DNA from: a virus
Taxonomy: Duplodnaviria > Heunggongvirae > Uroviricota > Caudoviricetes
Direction: 5' to 3' (one strand)
Virus record (IMG/VR): IMGVR_UViG_3300027734_000050
Coordinates: 1 to 64,000 of that record
DNA length: 64,000 nt
Under the pieces are notes generated by a model. That model did no database searches, was not told the DNA's origin, and worked only from the letters and a program-made list of their open reading frames with translations. The position numbers and the translations under genes were made by a program. Positions 23,979 through 32,143 of the stretch are shown here, one piece after another; the stretch's first letter is position 1, and the number at the start of each line of letters is the position of its first letter.

Positions 23979-25040
23979 ATGAAATCAATCACAATCATTG
24001 CGGCCGCCGCATTGGCGATTTTGCCCGCAGTAAGTTTTGCTCAGCAAAGCCTCACAATAGCAGGACCTGGTGGTAGTTATACCGCAGGGCAAACACAATC
24101 TCAGTTCAAACCCTTTGAATCCAAGACTGGAATCAAAGTTACCACTGAAGATTTTGATGGATCTTTGGGAGCCATGGCTGCACAGGTCAAGGCAGGTAAT
24201 GTCAAATGGGACATTGCTGTGATCGACAAACCAGAAGCAATCAAAGGTTGCGAAGAAGGTGTATTTGAAAAAATTGACGCAACCAAGTTGCCATCTGGCG
24301 ATGATGGTACTGCTGCTGCAAAAGACTTCTTCCCAGGTGCTGTGTTACCATGTGCTGTGGGCAACAGTACCTATACCAACGCGATAGCATATGATGCTAC
24401 TAAGTTCGGAGCCAATGGTCCTAAAACACTGGACGACTTTTTTGACACCAAGAAGTTTCCGGGCAAGCGTGGTCTCCGTAAAGATCCAGTAGCGGCTCTG
24501 GAATGGGCATTGATCGCTGATGGTGTGCCAATGACTGATGTTTACAAAGTGTTGGCAACACCGGCTGGTGTGGATCGCGCTTTCAAGAAGTTGGACACCA
24601 TCAAGAAAGATATTGTGTGGTGGGAAGCAGGCGCAGTAATGGTACAACGCCTGGCTGCTGGTGAAGTGGTTATGACCCATGCTTGGCATGGTCGTATCGT
24701 CAGTGCTAATCTCAAAGAGAACAAGAACTTTGCGATCGTGTGGGACGCACAACTGATGGCAACTGATTATTTTGTAGTGCTTCAGGGCAGTAAAAACTCT
24801 GCTGCGGCCAATGAACTCATACGATTTGCTACCAGCACCAAGCCCTTGGTCGATCTGACAAATCATATTCCTTATTCACCAAGCCGTAAATCCGCTCTCG
24901 CCCGGGTGCCAGATAGTAATCCTAACAAGGCCTATCTGCCGGCTGCTCATCTAGGACGAGCAATGACTGTGGATGCAGTTTTCTGGATGGAACATGGTGA
25001 TGATCTGTCTAAACGATTCCAGAATTGGTTAGCCAAGTAA
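23979..25040 (+). CDS. periplasmic ABC-transporter substrate-binding protein (PotD/PotF polyamine-binding-like, SBP family 1)
   Basis: Signal peptide MKSITIIAAAALAILPAVSFA. The pattern GPGGSYTAGQTQSQFKPFESKTGIKV resembles PotD. 353 aa. Confidence 0.6.
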   Translation: MKSITIIAAAALAILPAVSFAQQSLTIAGPGGSYTAGQTQSQFKPFESKTGIKVTTEDFDGSLGAMAAQVKAGNVKWDIAVIDKPEAIKGCEEGVFEKIDATKLPSGDDGTAAAKDFFPGAVLPCAVGNSTYTNAIAYDATKFGANGPKTLDDFFDTKKFPGKRGLRKDPVAALEWALIADGVPMTDVYKVLATPAGVDRAFKKLDTIKKDIVWWEAGAVMVQRLAAGEVVMTHAWHGRIVSANLKENKNFAIVWDAQLMATDYFVVLQGSKNSAAANELIRFATSTKPLVDLTNHIPYSPSRKSALARVPDSNPNKAYLPAAHLGRAMTVDAVFWMEHGDDLSKRFQNWLAK

Positions 25041-25045
25041 TCATA

Positions 25046-25099
25046 TCAAGCCCACTTCGGTGGGCTTTCTCTTGACTTTTTGTTTGATATATACTACAA
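25046..25099 (+). promoter_or_regulatory. terminator-promoter module: aagcccacttcggtgggctttctcTTGACT-17-TACAAT
   Basis: Second copy of the hairpin and -35 fusion seen at 23763. Confidence 0.55.
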
Positions 25100-25106
25100 T
25101 ACACCT

Positions 25107-25352
25107 ATGGGAACACAATCAGATTACTTCAACGAAAAGGGTTACAAGCCAAAATACTGGATCGGTGACCGTGTATTTGGCCATTGGAACAAGATTCCTT
25201 TTGTTGGCACCGTGGGCAATGACACAGTGATTAACGAAGCCATGGGTCCACAGATATCCATTCATCTCGACCTACCTATCCGGTTCCGAGACAAGACCCA
25301 CAACATCATCATAGTCAAGCATAAAGATATCAAAAAATTGGTTGAGTTTTAA
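25107..25352 (+). CDS. hypothetical protein (~81 aa)
   Basis: ATG at 25107 (MGTQSDY) is the first start downstream of the promoter's -10 element. Confidence 0.4.
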   Translation: MGTQSDYFNEKGYKPKYWIGDRVFGHWNKIPFVGTVGNDTVINEAMGPQISIHLDLPIRFRDKTHNIIIVKHKDIKKLVEF

Positions 25353-25354
25353 CT

Positions 25355-25384
25355 TGACTTGTACAGCGTTTTGCTGTATACTGT
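25355..25384 (+). promoter_or_regulatory. sigma70 promoter TTGACT-17-TATACT
   Basis: ttgacttgtacagcgttttgctgtatact is followed by the RBS AGGAGAAAAC and the ATG of the RpoZ-like gene. Confidence 0.5.
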
Positions 25385-25411
25385 AACTATCAACAACCCC
25401 TAGGAGAAAAC

Positions 25412-25645
25412 ATGGCACGAATCACTAGCCAAGCAGCAGTATCAATGATCGGAAACCGTTACGAAATGGTGCTGATCGCAGCCCGGCGTGCCCGAGAACT
25501 AGCCCGCGGTGACATGCCCAAAGTTACTAAAGTTTCCAGCCATGCTGTGACTGCTTTGCGTGAAATTGAGCAGGGTTTTGTGGATCGCAGTTGGCTTTAC
25601 AAGCCACAAGATGTGGTTTCTCGCAGCCATCACAGGAAATACTGA
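25412..25645 (+). CDS. rpoZ: RNA polymerase omega subunit (RpoZ) homolog
   Basis: MARITSQAAVSMIGNRYEMVLIAARRARELA...ALREIEQG aligns residue by residue with bacterial RpoZ ([29 protein letters not shown]...ALREIEEG). 77 aa. Confidence 0.75.
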   Translation: MARITSQAAVSMIGNRYEMVLIAARRARELARGDMPKVTKVSSHAVTALREIEQGFVDRSWLYKPQDVVSRSHHRKY

Positions 25646-25681
25646 AGATCACTGTGCTTGTGAAAAAAGATAAATATCTTC

Positions 25682-28087
25682 ATGAGCACAGACATCTTTC
25701 GAAGATACCTCGATCTTTTAAACGAGGCCCGCGGACCGGCACCTACTGAATTCACGCCTACACATTTCCACAAGAACTTTCTTGGTGCTAAAATTCCGTT
25801 GATGCAAACACCAGATGGTAGTTTCTGGTGGATGACTACTGACCCGGACAGCCCACGTGCTGGTAGAACTATACAACCTTGGATCGGTAATACCAAAGAT
25901 CGATCTAGCATGGCCAGTGTAGATGGTGTTATTGTTGATAAAAAACCTGTGGAATTTCCCGATGGAACCAACTGGGAAGAAAATTCCAGCGTCAGTCAAA
26001 GCGCCACACCCGGGTTTGACTTAGTAGCCCCAAACACCAAATTGGCGCCTGAAGATCCCCCTGGTTACCGATTCAGCAATGATGATGCTCTTGCTGCATT
26101 GGCTAAAAAACTATCCGGTGGTGATAAACAAACATCCGGTGGTGATAAACAAACATCCGGTGGTGATAAACAAACATCCGGTGGTGATAAACAAACATCC
26201 GGTGGACCGGAGGATGGTCCAGGGCTTGCGGGCGGCGCACGTTGTGCAATATGTGGCACGATAAAGATGGAGCACAGCGGCCTTAATCATATATTTACAC
26301 CTGGCGGCAATACTAGGCCTGCACCGGTACCACAAGATGTACCACAAACTGGTCCACAAGATGTACCATCCGGTGGCGGTAATGTTTCTCGAATCAAACA
26401 ACTACAAAAAGAATTACTAGCAGCAGGTGCTAACCTAGGAACCACTGGTGCTAACCACGACGGCATAGACGGTGACATAGGTCCATTGACCCGTGCTGCT
26501 ATGGCCAAATATCCTGACATTGCAGCCAAGTATAAGGATCTTGGTGCAGGGCAAGGTGCCACACCTCCGGGTAAATCTGGTATTGAAAAATTAAATGGTG
26601 CATTGACTGCCATTGAAGGCATACTAACCAAATACAAAGTCAAACTAAACGAAGATCAAGACCCACTGACTCCTGCAGATCAGATGAAGCAGTGGCGGTC
26701 GTTGATGGAATTGACACAGGCCGATATGGATGCTGCTGCGGCTAAACGTACTGCGAGCCAGGCGGGCAATCAATCAAAGATAGATGCACGATATGCAGCA
26801 GATGCACAGGCTAAAAAAATTGGCCCGTATTACAGTGATACACCAGCTAAGGCAATGCCATATTCACAGGCAGCACAACGACCATGGGCAGGTGCAGCCG
26901 GTGCCGCTGAACAAGGTGCTGCTGCTGCTGCCGAAACAGGTGCAGTAAAAAGTGCCGCTGGTGCAGCAAGTAAAACATTAGGCCGAGTAGCACCCGGAGT
27001 CGGGTTGGCGTTAGGTGCGTATGATGCCTACAATCGTGCTAAACAAGGCGACTATACAGGTGCAGGTATTTCAGGATTGGCAGGTATAGCGGCATTGTTT
27101 CCAGGTCCTGGTACATGGATCTCCGGAGGCCTGCTCGCATTAGGTTTAGCTCGTGATCTGGCCAAGGAGCCAACAGTAGCCATTTCTGCCGAAGATGCTA
27201 AAACTATTGCAGAAAATATCAAGATCATACAAGACTGGCAAAAGGATCCTGCTAATCGAGATGCCTTGACTCCTGAATTAAAAACTCGCATAGCAAATGT
27301 CCTTAAAGGTGTTGCCACTCTGGGTGTTCCTGCTGAATCGGCTACCCCGGCAGGTACCCCGGCTACCACACCTGCTGCAAATTCAAAATTAAATCAAATA
27401 AATCAGACTTTGGATTCCATGGATAAACTGCTTAAGAAGAATAATTTTGAAAGTAGTAGTAGTAATAAAAAATCACCACCATTGACTGAAGCAGAACACA
27501 TGGCTCGCTTGCGTAGTATTGTTAACGAAGATGTGTCTGACTACATCCCAAGTTGGGAGACAATAGGCAAAGGTGCTGCTCTTGTTGGTGCTACAAAAGC
27601 ATATAACCATTTGTTCATGCCGCAAAAAACACCACCGGGCACACCACCGGGCACACCACCGGGCACACCACCGGGCACACCACCGGGCACACCACCGGCG
27701 TCGCCCACTGCCTCCAGGGCGTCTATCTACTTAAGATCTTTACTAACTAAAGCCGGCCCAATGTTAAGCAGAGTCGGTAGTATTATAAAGATAGGTGGCA
27801 TTGGAACACTGATCTACTTTGGTTACAAAATGGTCACTGGACTATACGATGCTGTGATGGAAGATCCTGCTACTGCTGCGGCAGCCGGTATCAATCCTAA
27901 AGAAGTACAAGAACTCAAACAATTAACTGAACAATTGACCCAACTGGTAGGCGATGGCAAAGATCTACCACCAGAAGTGCAAGAAAAATATACAGCAATA
28001 CAAGCACGTATCGTTAAATTAGGAGAACGATTTACATTGGAACAGCAGGCTAGAGAACAAAATAGAAAAGCAAGAGAGAAAAACTAA
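25682..28087 (+). CDS. 801-aa repeat-rich protein with peptidoglycan-binding domain and hydrophobic Gly/Ala segments (internal virion / ejection / tape-measure-like protein)
   Basis: LLAAGANLGTTGANHDGIDGDIGPLTRAAMAKY is a PG_binding_1-like motif. TM-like stretches are present. A C-terminal coiled coil is present. Tandem peptide repeats are SGGDKQT x4 and TPPG x6. Confidence 0.55.
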   Translation: MSTDIFRRYLDLLNEARGPAPTEFTPTHFHKNFLGAKIPLMQTPDGSFWWMTTDPDSPRAGRTIQPWIGNTKDRSSMASVDGVIVDKKPVEFPDGTNWEENSSVSQSATPGFDLVAPNTKLAPEDPPGYRFSNDDALAALAKKLSGGDKQTSGGDKQTSGGDKQTSGGDKQTSGGPEDGPGLAGGARCAICGTIKMEHSGLNHIFTPGGNTRPAPVPQDVPQTGPQDVPSGGGNVSRIKQLQKELLAAGANLGTTGANHDGIDGDIGPLTRAAMAKYPDIAAKYKDLGAGQGATPPGKSGIEKLNGALTAIEGILTKYKVKLNEDQDPLTPADQMKQWRSLMELTQADMDAAAAKRTASQAGNQSKIDARYAADAQAKKIGPYYSDTPAKAMPYSQAAQRPWAGAAGAAEQGAAAAAETGAVKSAAGAASKTLGRVAPGVGLALGAYDAYNRAKQGDYTGAGISGLAGIAALFPGPGTWISGGLLALGLARDLAKEPTVAISAEDAKTIAENIKIIQDWQKDPANRDALTPELKTRIANVLKGVATLGVPAESATPAGTPATTPAANSKLNQINQTLDSMDKLLKKNNFESSSSNKKSPPLTEAEHMARLRSIVNEDVSDYIPSWETIGKGAALVGATKAYNHLFMPQKTPPGTPPGTPPGTPPGTPPGTPPASPTASRASIYLRSLLTKAGPMLSRVGSIIKIGGIGTLIYFGYKMVTGLYDAVMEDPATAAAAGINPKEVQELKQLTEQLTQLVGDGKDLPPEVQEKYTAIQARIVKLGERFTLEQQAREQNRKAREKN
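26114..26204 (+). repeat. 21-nt tandem repeat x4.3 (tccggtggtgataaacaaaca), coding for (SGGDKQT)n
   Basis: Perfect head-to-tail copies inside the 801-aa CDS. Confidence 0.85.
27629..27698 (+). repeat. 12-nt tandem repeat x~6 (acaccaccgggc), coding for (TPPG)n
   Basis: Perfect copies inside the 801-aa CDS. Confidence 0.85.
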
Positions 28088-28348
28088 TGATCAAACCAGG
28101 TGCAAATTATCGAATGCCTCAGCATATCAAACGTAGATTGTCTACTATACGCGATAATCATCTCCGCGGAGAAATCCGCAGACTTATGATACAGGCAAAT
28201 CTTGCTAGCCGTGTTTCTGCTCCACGCACTAAAAACGAAAATTAAACTGTATCTGTTGTAAAAAAACAACAACTGGAGTTGTGAAAAATCGCAACTTTCT
28301 GTTGAAAAAACGGTAGACCACTATCTCCCGAACTGCTATAATATACGC

Positions 28349-28651
28349 ATGTTCAGCAAAAAGGAGTCAGCAGTGTCTACAGCAACTTACCAAGCACTCA
28401 CCGAGCAACAAAAACGCGAAGTCCGCATGTATGGCGTGACTGAAGCAGGCATGCGTGAATCGGTGGAATCCTCAATCACTTTCCGCTTTAGTGGTCCTGC
28501 TATGATGGCTGCAAGCCTGATGAGCGACGCCCAGGAAATGATCAACACCGAATACGGCGAAGTTGATAGCATGCGAGCAGAGGATGCTCGTCAATGTCTG
28601 AATCGTGCCAAGTGGATCCTGTTCGAATATGTGATGAAGGACGGAGAATAA
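28349..28651 (+). CDS. hypothetical protein (100 aa)
   Basis: ORF directly after the tgcTATAATatacgc promoter motif. Possibly leaderless. Confidence 0.4.
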   Translation: MFSKKESAVSTATYQALTEQQKREVRMYGVTEAGMRESVESSITFRFSGPAMMAASLMSDAQEMINTEYGEVDSMRAEDARQCLNRAKWILFEYVMKDGE

Positions 28652-28653
28652 TC

Positions 28654-28863
28654 ATGAACTATGGCATGTATACTGACGCCGGCAACTCGGCCATCCAAGG
28701 CATTGTGATGGTTGCCAAAGTGCATCAACTGTCATGGCCCACAGTGGTAGGCATGCTGGAGGCTATCTCTTTGGAAGAAGCCTACGAAGAAGCCAGGGAC
28801 ACCGCTGTGCTAGAAGCGGTTTATCAAACTTTGGTTGGCAAGCGTAATACGGTTGACCAGTAA
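28654..28863 (+). CDS. hypothetical protein (~69 aa)
   Basis: Internal ATG (MNYGMYTD) of the 28594 ORF, placed after the stop of the upstream gene. Confidence 0.4.
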   Translation: MNYGMYTDAGNSAIQGIVMVAKVHQLSWPTVVGMLEAISLEEAYEEARDTAVLEAVYQTLVGKRNTVDQ

Positions 28864-28913
28864 TCCGCGAACTGCTATAATACACACATCACTAAACAAC
28901 TCTGGAGTCAGAT

Positions 28914-29384
28914 ATGGGAACTCGTAGCCGCATTGGCGTCATGCATGGAGACAAGTGCAAAAGTGTTTACTGTCATTGGGACGGCTATCTGTCGCACAAT
29001 GGCAAGATCCTGCAAGAGCACTATGACAGTTCCAAAGCCAATCACCTGGTAGCATTGGGCGACATGAGCAGCCTGGATGAGCAGATTGGCGAGAAGCATC
29101 CTTTCGACGGCTACTCGGGCGAGGAAGCCAAAGTCTTGTATGACCGCGCTCGCGAGAACAAGTGGACTACCTTCTACGGTCGCGATCGCGAAGAGAAAGA
29201 TGTGGACTTCCAAGTAAGCCAAAGCTTCAACGAGTTCTTGGAACTGGTAGAAGGCACTGGTGCTGAATACTTTTACATCATGCGAGATGGTGTCTGGTAT
29301 TGCGGTAGCCGGTATGCTGTGGAAGGCATGATCCCCGACACCCTGTATGTCCTAAGCGAGCAGTTGGCGAAAGAAACTGTTTGA
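28914..29384 (+). CDS. hypothetical protein (156 aa)
   Basis: ORF preceded by promoter TTGACC-17-TATAAT at 28852-28880 and the RBS CTGGAGTCAG. Confidence 0.5.
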   Translation: MGTRSRIGVMHGDKCKSVYCHWDGYLSHNGKILQEHYDSSKANHLVALGDMSSLDEQIGEKHPFDGYSGEEAKVLYDRARENKWTTFYGRDREEKDVDFQVSQSFNEFLELVEGTGAEYFYIMRDGVWYCGSRYAVEGMIPDTLYVLSEQLAKETV

Positions 29385-29439
29385 CAAGAAATTCAAGATC
29401 ACTTACAATACACTCATCAACAACAGAAAGGTCTCCGAT

Positions 29440-30525
29440 ATGAGCGATTCACGCACCGTCACTTCGCGCCAAGCGCACAAGAGTCTGCTTAAAGCATTCA
29501 AAGCCCAACGCCCGCTGTTCCTGTGGGGCCCTCCTGGAATTGGCAAGAGTGAATTGGTAGAAGGCATTACCAAAGAACTCAACGGTTACATGATCGACCT
29601 GCGTTTGGGCCAGATGGAACCCACTGACATCCGTGGTATTCCGTTCTACAACAAAGAGATTGGCAAGATGGATTGGGCACCTCCTGTGGAATTGCCTGAC
29701 GACGAACTGGCCAGCCAGTATCCTATCGTTGTGCTGTTCTTGGACGAACTGAACAGTGCCGCAGCCAGTGTTCAAGCCGCTGCTTATCAGTTGATCTTGA
29801 ACCGTCGCATTGGCAAGTATGTGCTGCCTAAGAATGTTGTGATGGTTGCCGCAGGTAACCGTGAAAGCGACAAGGGTGTGACTTATCGTATGCCTACTCC
29901 GTTGGCAAATCGTTTCATCCACCAAGAGATGAAGGTGGACTTTGCCAGTTGGTTGGAATGGGCTGTGCTCAACAACATCCACAAAGATGTGGTAGGTTAC
30001 TTGAGCTTTGCCAAGCAAGACCTCTACGACTTTGACGCTAAAACCGCAAGCCGTGCGTTCGCTACTCCGCGTTCTTGGACATTCGTTAGCCAACTGCTGG
30101 ACGACGAAGACAGCGACACTGACACCACTACCAACTTGGTAGCGGGCACTGTGGGTGAAGGCCTGGCAGTGAAGTTCATGGCACACCGCAAGGTTGCTGG
30201 ACGCATGCCCAAGCCCGAAGACATCTTGAGTGGCAAGGTCAAGGACTTGAATGTGAAAGAAGTCAGTGCTATGTACAGCCTGGTTATTTCCATGTGCTAC
30301 GAACTCAAGGCGGCTGTTGAGAACAAAACAGACGAGAAGAAGTTCCACGAAATGGCTGATAACTTCCTCAGTTACATGATGCGGAACTTTGAGACTGAGT
30401 TGACTGTGATGGGTTCGCGTATTGCATTGACCACATACGACTTGCCATTCAAGCCTACCAAGCTCAAGCACTTCGATGAGTTTCACAGCAAGTTTGGAAA
30501 GTATGTGCTGCAAGCACAAAGCTAA
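29440..30525 (+). CDS. MoxR-family AAA+ ATPase (AAA_5 / CbbQ-NirQ-GvpN-like)
   Basis: Walker A LWGPPGIGKSEL. Walker B VVLFLDELN. The sensor region AAGNRES resembles MoxR proteins. Promoter TTGACA-17-TACAAT at 29381-29409. Confidence 0.7.
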   Translation: MSDSRTVTSRQAHKSLLKAFKAQRPLFLWGPPGIGKSELVEGITKELNGYMIDLRLGQMEPTDIRGIPFYNKEIGKMDWAPPVELPDDELASQYPIVVLFLDELNSAAASVQAAAYQLILNRRIGKYVLPKNVVMVAAGNRESDKGVTYRMPTPLANRFIHQEMKVDFASWLEWAVLNNIHKDVVGYLSFAKQDLYDFDAKTASRAFATPRSWTFVSQLLDDEDSDTDTTTNLVAGTVGEGLAVKFMAHRKVAGRMPKPEDILSGKVKDLNVKEVSAMYSLVISMCYELKAAVENKTDEKKFHEMADNFLSYMMRNFETELTVMGSRIALTTYDLPFKPTKLKHFDEFHSKFGKYVLQAQS

Positions 30526-30531
30526 AACGGA

Positions 30532-30557
30532 ACGGGGGCCACGGTCCCCGTTTTTTA
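30532..30557 (+). terminator. rho-independent terminator (acgggg-gccacggt-ccccgt followed by T6)
   Basis: GC-rich hairpin and T-run after the MoxR gene. Confidence 0.6.
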
Positions 30558-30558
30558 T

Positions 30559-30900
30559 ATGCATTATCAAGTCACCCGTTTAGATCGTAGGCACTCACAT
30601 CATGAGCGGTTCTCTCACATGATTGAATTCTCCAAGCGGCGACTAGGAACTCTGGGTATACCCACTTACAACACCGGCGCTTTGGATTTTGATCGTGCTC
30701 GGCGTTGGTTCAACGACACCTATGGATGGAGTCAAGAAGCAGACCTCCAGACCAAGATAGACAAAGACGCTCGACATCTCATGCAGCCAGCAGAGTCAAA
30801 CACACATTGGGCATATCACACAGAATACCGAGACTTCCGTATCTATGCCAATGAGCCTGAGGTTGCCTGGTTCCAGTTGAAATTCACCAATGAATCATGA
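30559..30900 (+). CDS. hypothetical protein (113 aa)
   Basis: ORF. Start uncertain; an alternative start is M at 30619. Confidence 0.4.
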   Translation: MHYQVTRLDRRHSHHERFSHMIEFSKRRLGTLGIPTYNTGALDFDRARRWFNDTYGWSQEADLQTKIDKDARHLMQPAESNTHWAYHTEYRDFRIYANEPEVAWFQLKFTNES

Positions 30901-31184
30901 CCACGGGCATCACAGTAAAAACTGATCTTATCATCTTTGACAGTGAAGAGTTGTGGGATCCCATCCGACAAAAGATCGTGGCAGAGTATGGCGCCAGTCA
31001 CTTGTTTAGATGGGTCAGCAGACGCGAACTGGGATTCACTGTGCGGTTTCATCAGAACTGGATCACCATCAACAAGAACTCCTATGGTGATGATATCACC
31101 CCCCGCAGGTGGTGCCAAAATCAAGTGCATCTGGACTTTTTTAACGACTCGGCACTCACATGGTTTCAACTTAAATACCTTTAA
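30897..31184 (+). CDS. hypothetical protein (95 aa)
   Basis: ORF with ATGA overlap to the upstream gene. Confidence 0.45.
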   Translation: MTTGITVKTDLIIFDSEELWDPIRQKIVAEYGASHLFRWVSRRELGFTVRFHQNWITINKNSYGDDITPRRWCQNQVHLDFFNDSALTWFQLKYL

Positions 31185-31198
31185 CATCAGGAGTCATC

Positions 31199-31372
31199 AT
31201 GGCAGGCAAAGCAAAATCCGTATACCTCACAGTCACACCCATCAACCAGCATAACACCGTTTTCAAGAAGATGTTTTTCAATGCCAAGGAGTTCAATGAC
31301 TATGTGAAAACAGATGAATTCAAAGCATTGTATCCGGACACAGAGTACAAAATAATCAAAGAAATCTACTGA
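31199..31372 (+). CDS. hypothetical small protein (57 aa)
   Basis: RBS AGGAGTCATC precedes the ATG at 31199. Confidence 0.4.
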   Translation: MAGKAKSVYLTVTPINQHNTVFKKMFFNAKEFNDYVKTDEFKALYPDTEYKIIKEIY

Positions 31373-31462
31373 AAATCGCAACTGCGGTTGGCAAATTCGG
31401 TAGACTGGTATTGCTCGAAATGCTATAATACATGCATAGACAGCAACAAACAGGAGAAGAAA

Positions 31463-31672
31463 ATGTCAGCAATCACAGTTAAAGAAATGATAGAGGCCTT
31501 GAGCAAGTTGCCTCAGGATGCAGAGTTGGTAATAACCGAAAGCGGTTATTACTCCTACAACGAGTTCGCAGACATCATGCTGCCCGAAGCATACACCGTA
31601 GAAGGTATGGATTGTGATGCAGACAAGGGCAAGGTAGTTTATCGCATCGGTCACTCACACCAATCTTACTAA
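31463..31672 (+). CDS. hypothetical protein (~69 aa)
   Basis: RBS ACAGGAGAAGAAA. Promoter motif atgcTATAATacatg lies at 31419-31433. Confidence 0.45.
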   Translation: MSAITVKEMIEALSKLPQDAELVITESGYYSYNEFADIMLPEAYTVEGMDCDADKGKVVYRIGHSHQSY

Positions 31673-31682
31673 GGAGAAACAC

Positions 31683-31916
31683 ATGATCGCAGAACGCCCT
31701 CGCACCGCACTTTATGACGCACGCCACGGTGGTCCATATGACCGTGGTAGTGCCGACAGTTACTACAGCCGTGGATTCAACCCGCACTACTTTGAAGGTG
31801 CTACCTCTATCACTCCTCGTGTGGAGATGGCAGACATGACTGCCGCTGAGATCACAGCCTACACCGCAGGCTTCAACGACAACGAACAGTTTGGTGATAA
31901 GAAAGATTGGGGTTGA
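31683..31916 (+). CDS. hypothetical protein (77 aa)
   Basis: RBS AAGGAGAAACAC precedes the ATG. Confidence 0.5.
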   Translation: MIAERPRTALYDARHGGPYDRGSADSYYSRGFNPHYFEGATSITPRVEMADMTAAEITAYTAGFNDNEQFGDKKDWG

Positions 31917-31917
31917 T

Positions 31918-32094
31918 ATGAGCATGCTCGCAGAAAAAATGAACGACGACATCCAGCGTATCATCGATCGCCTGGAGCATATCAAGCAGGAACGGAACCG
32001 CTGGGAGAAGATCCGCTTGGTGAAACAGGTCACCCATTCAGTAGAAGACTATGAGTCCTACTGGCAAGAGAAACTGGCTGACTTGGCGGGTTGA
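31918..32094 (+). CDS. hypothetical small protein (58 aa)
   Basis: ATG at 31918 directly follows the upstream TGA. Coiled-coil-like. Confidence 0.35.
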   Translation: MSMLAEKMNDDIQRIIDRLEHIKQERNRWEKIRLVKQVTHSVEDYESYWQEKLADLAG

Positions 32095-32143
32095 CTAGAA
32101 ATGCAATCTCAGTTATACTGCATTATTCTAACAAAGGACACAT

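Noticed and set aside
26114-26204. CRISPR array suggested by 21-nt direct repeats
   Set aside because: Repeats are contiguous with no spacers and lie in frame inside a long CDS, where they encode (SGGDKQT)4. This is a coding tandem repeat.
26065-27369. Minus-strand ORFs 26065-26259, 26111-26401, 26287-26643 and 27052-27369
   Set aside because: They lie antisense within the 801-aa gene, are driven by the tandem repeats and Ala/Gly-rich codons, and have no RBSs.
29449-30570. 373-aa minus-strand ORF antisense to the MoxR gene
   Set aside because: The plus-strand frame has clear Walker A/B motifs, an RBS and a promoter. The antisense ORF is a GC-skew artefact.
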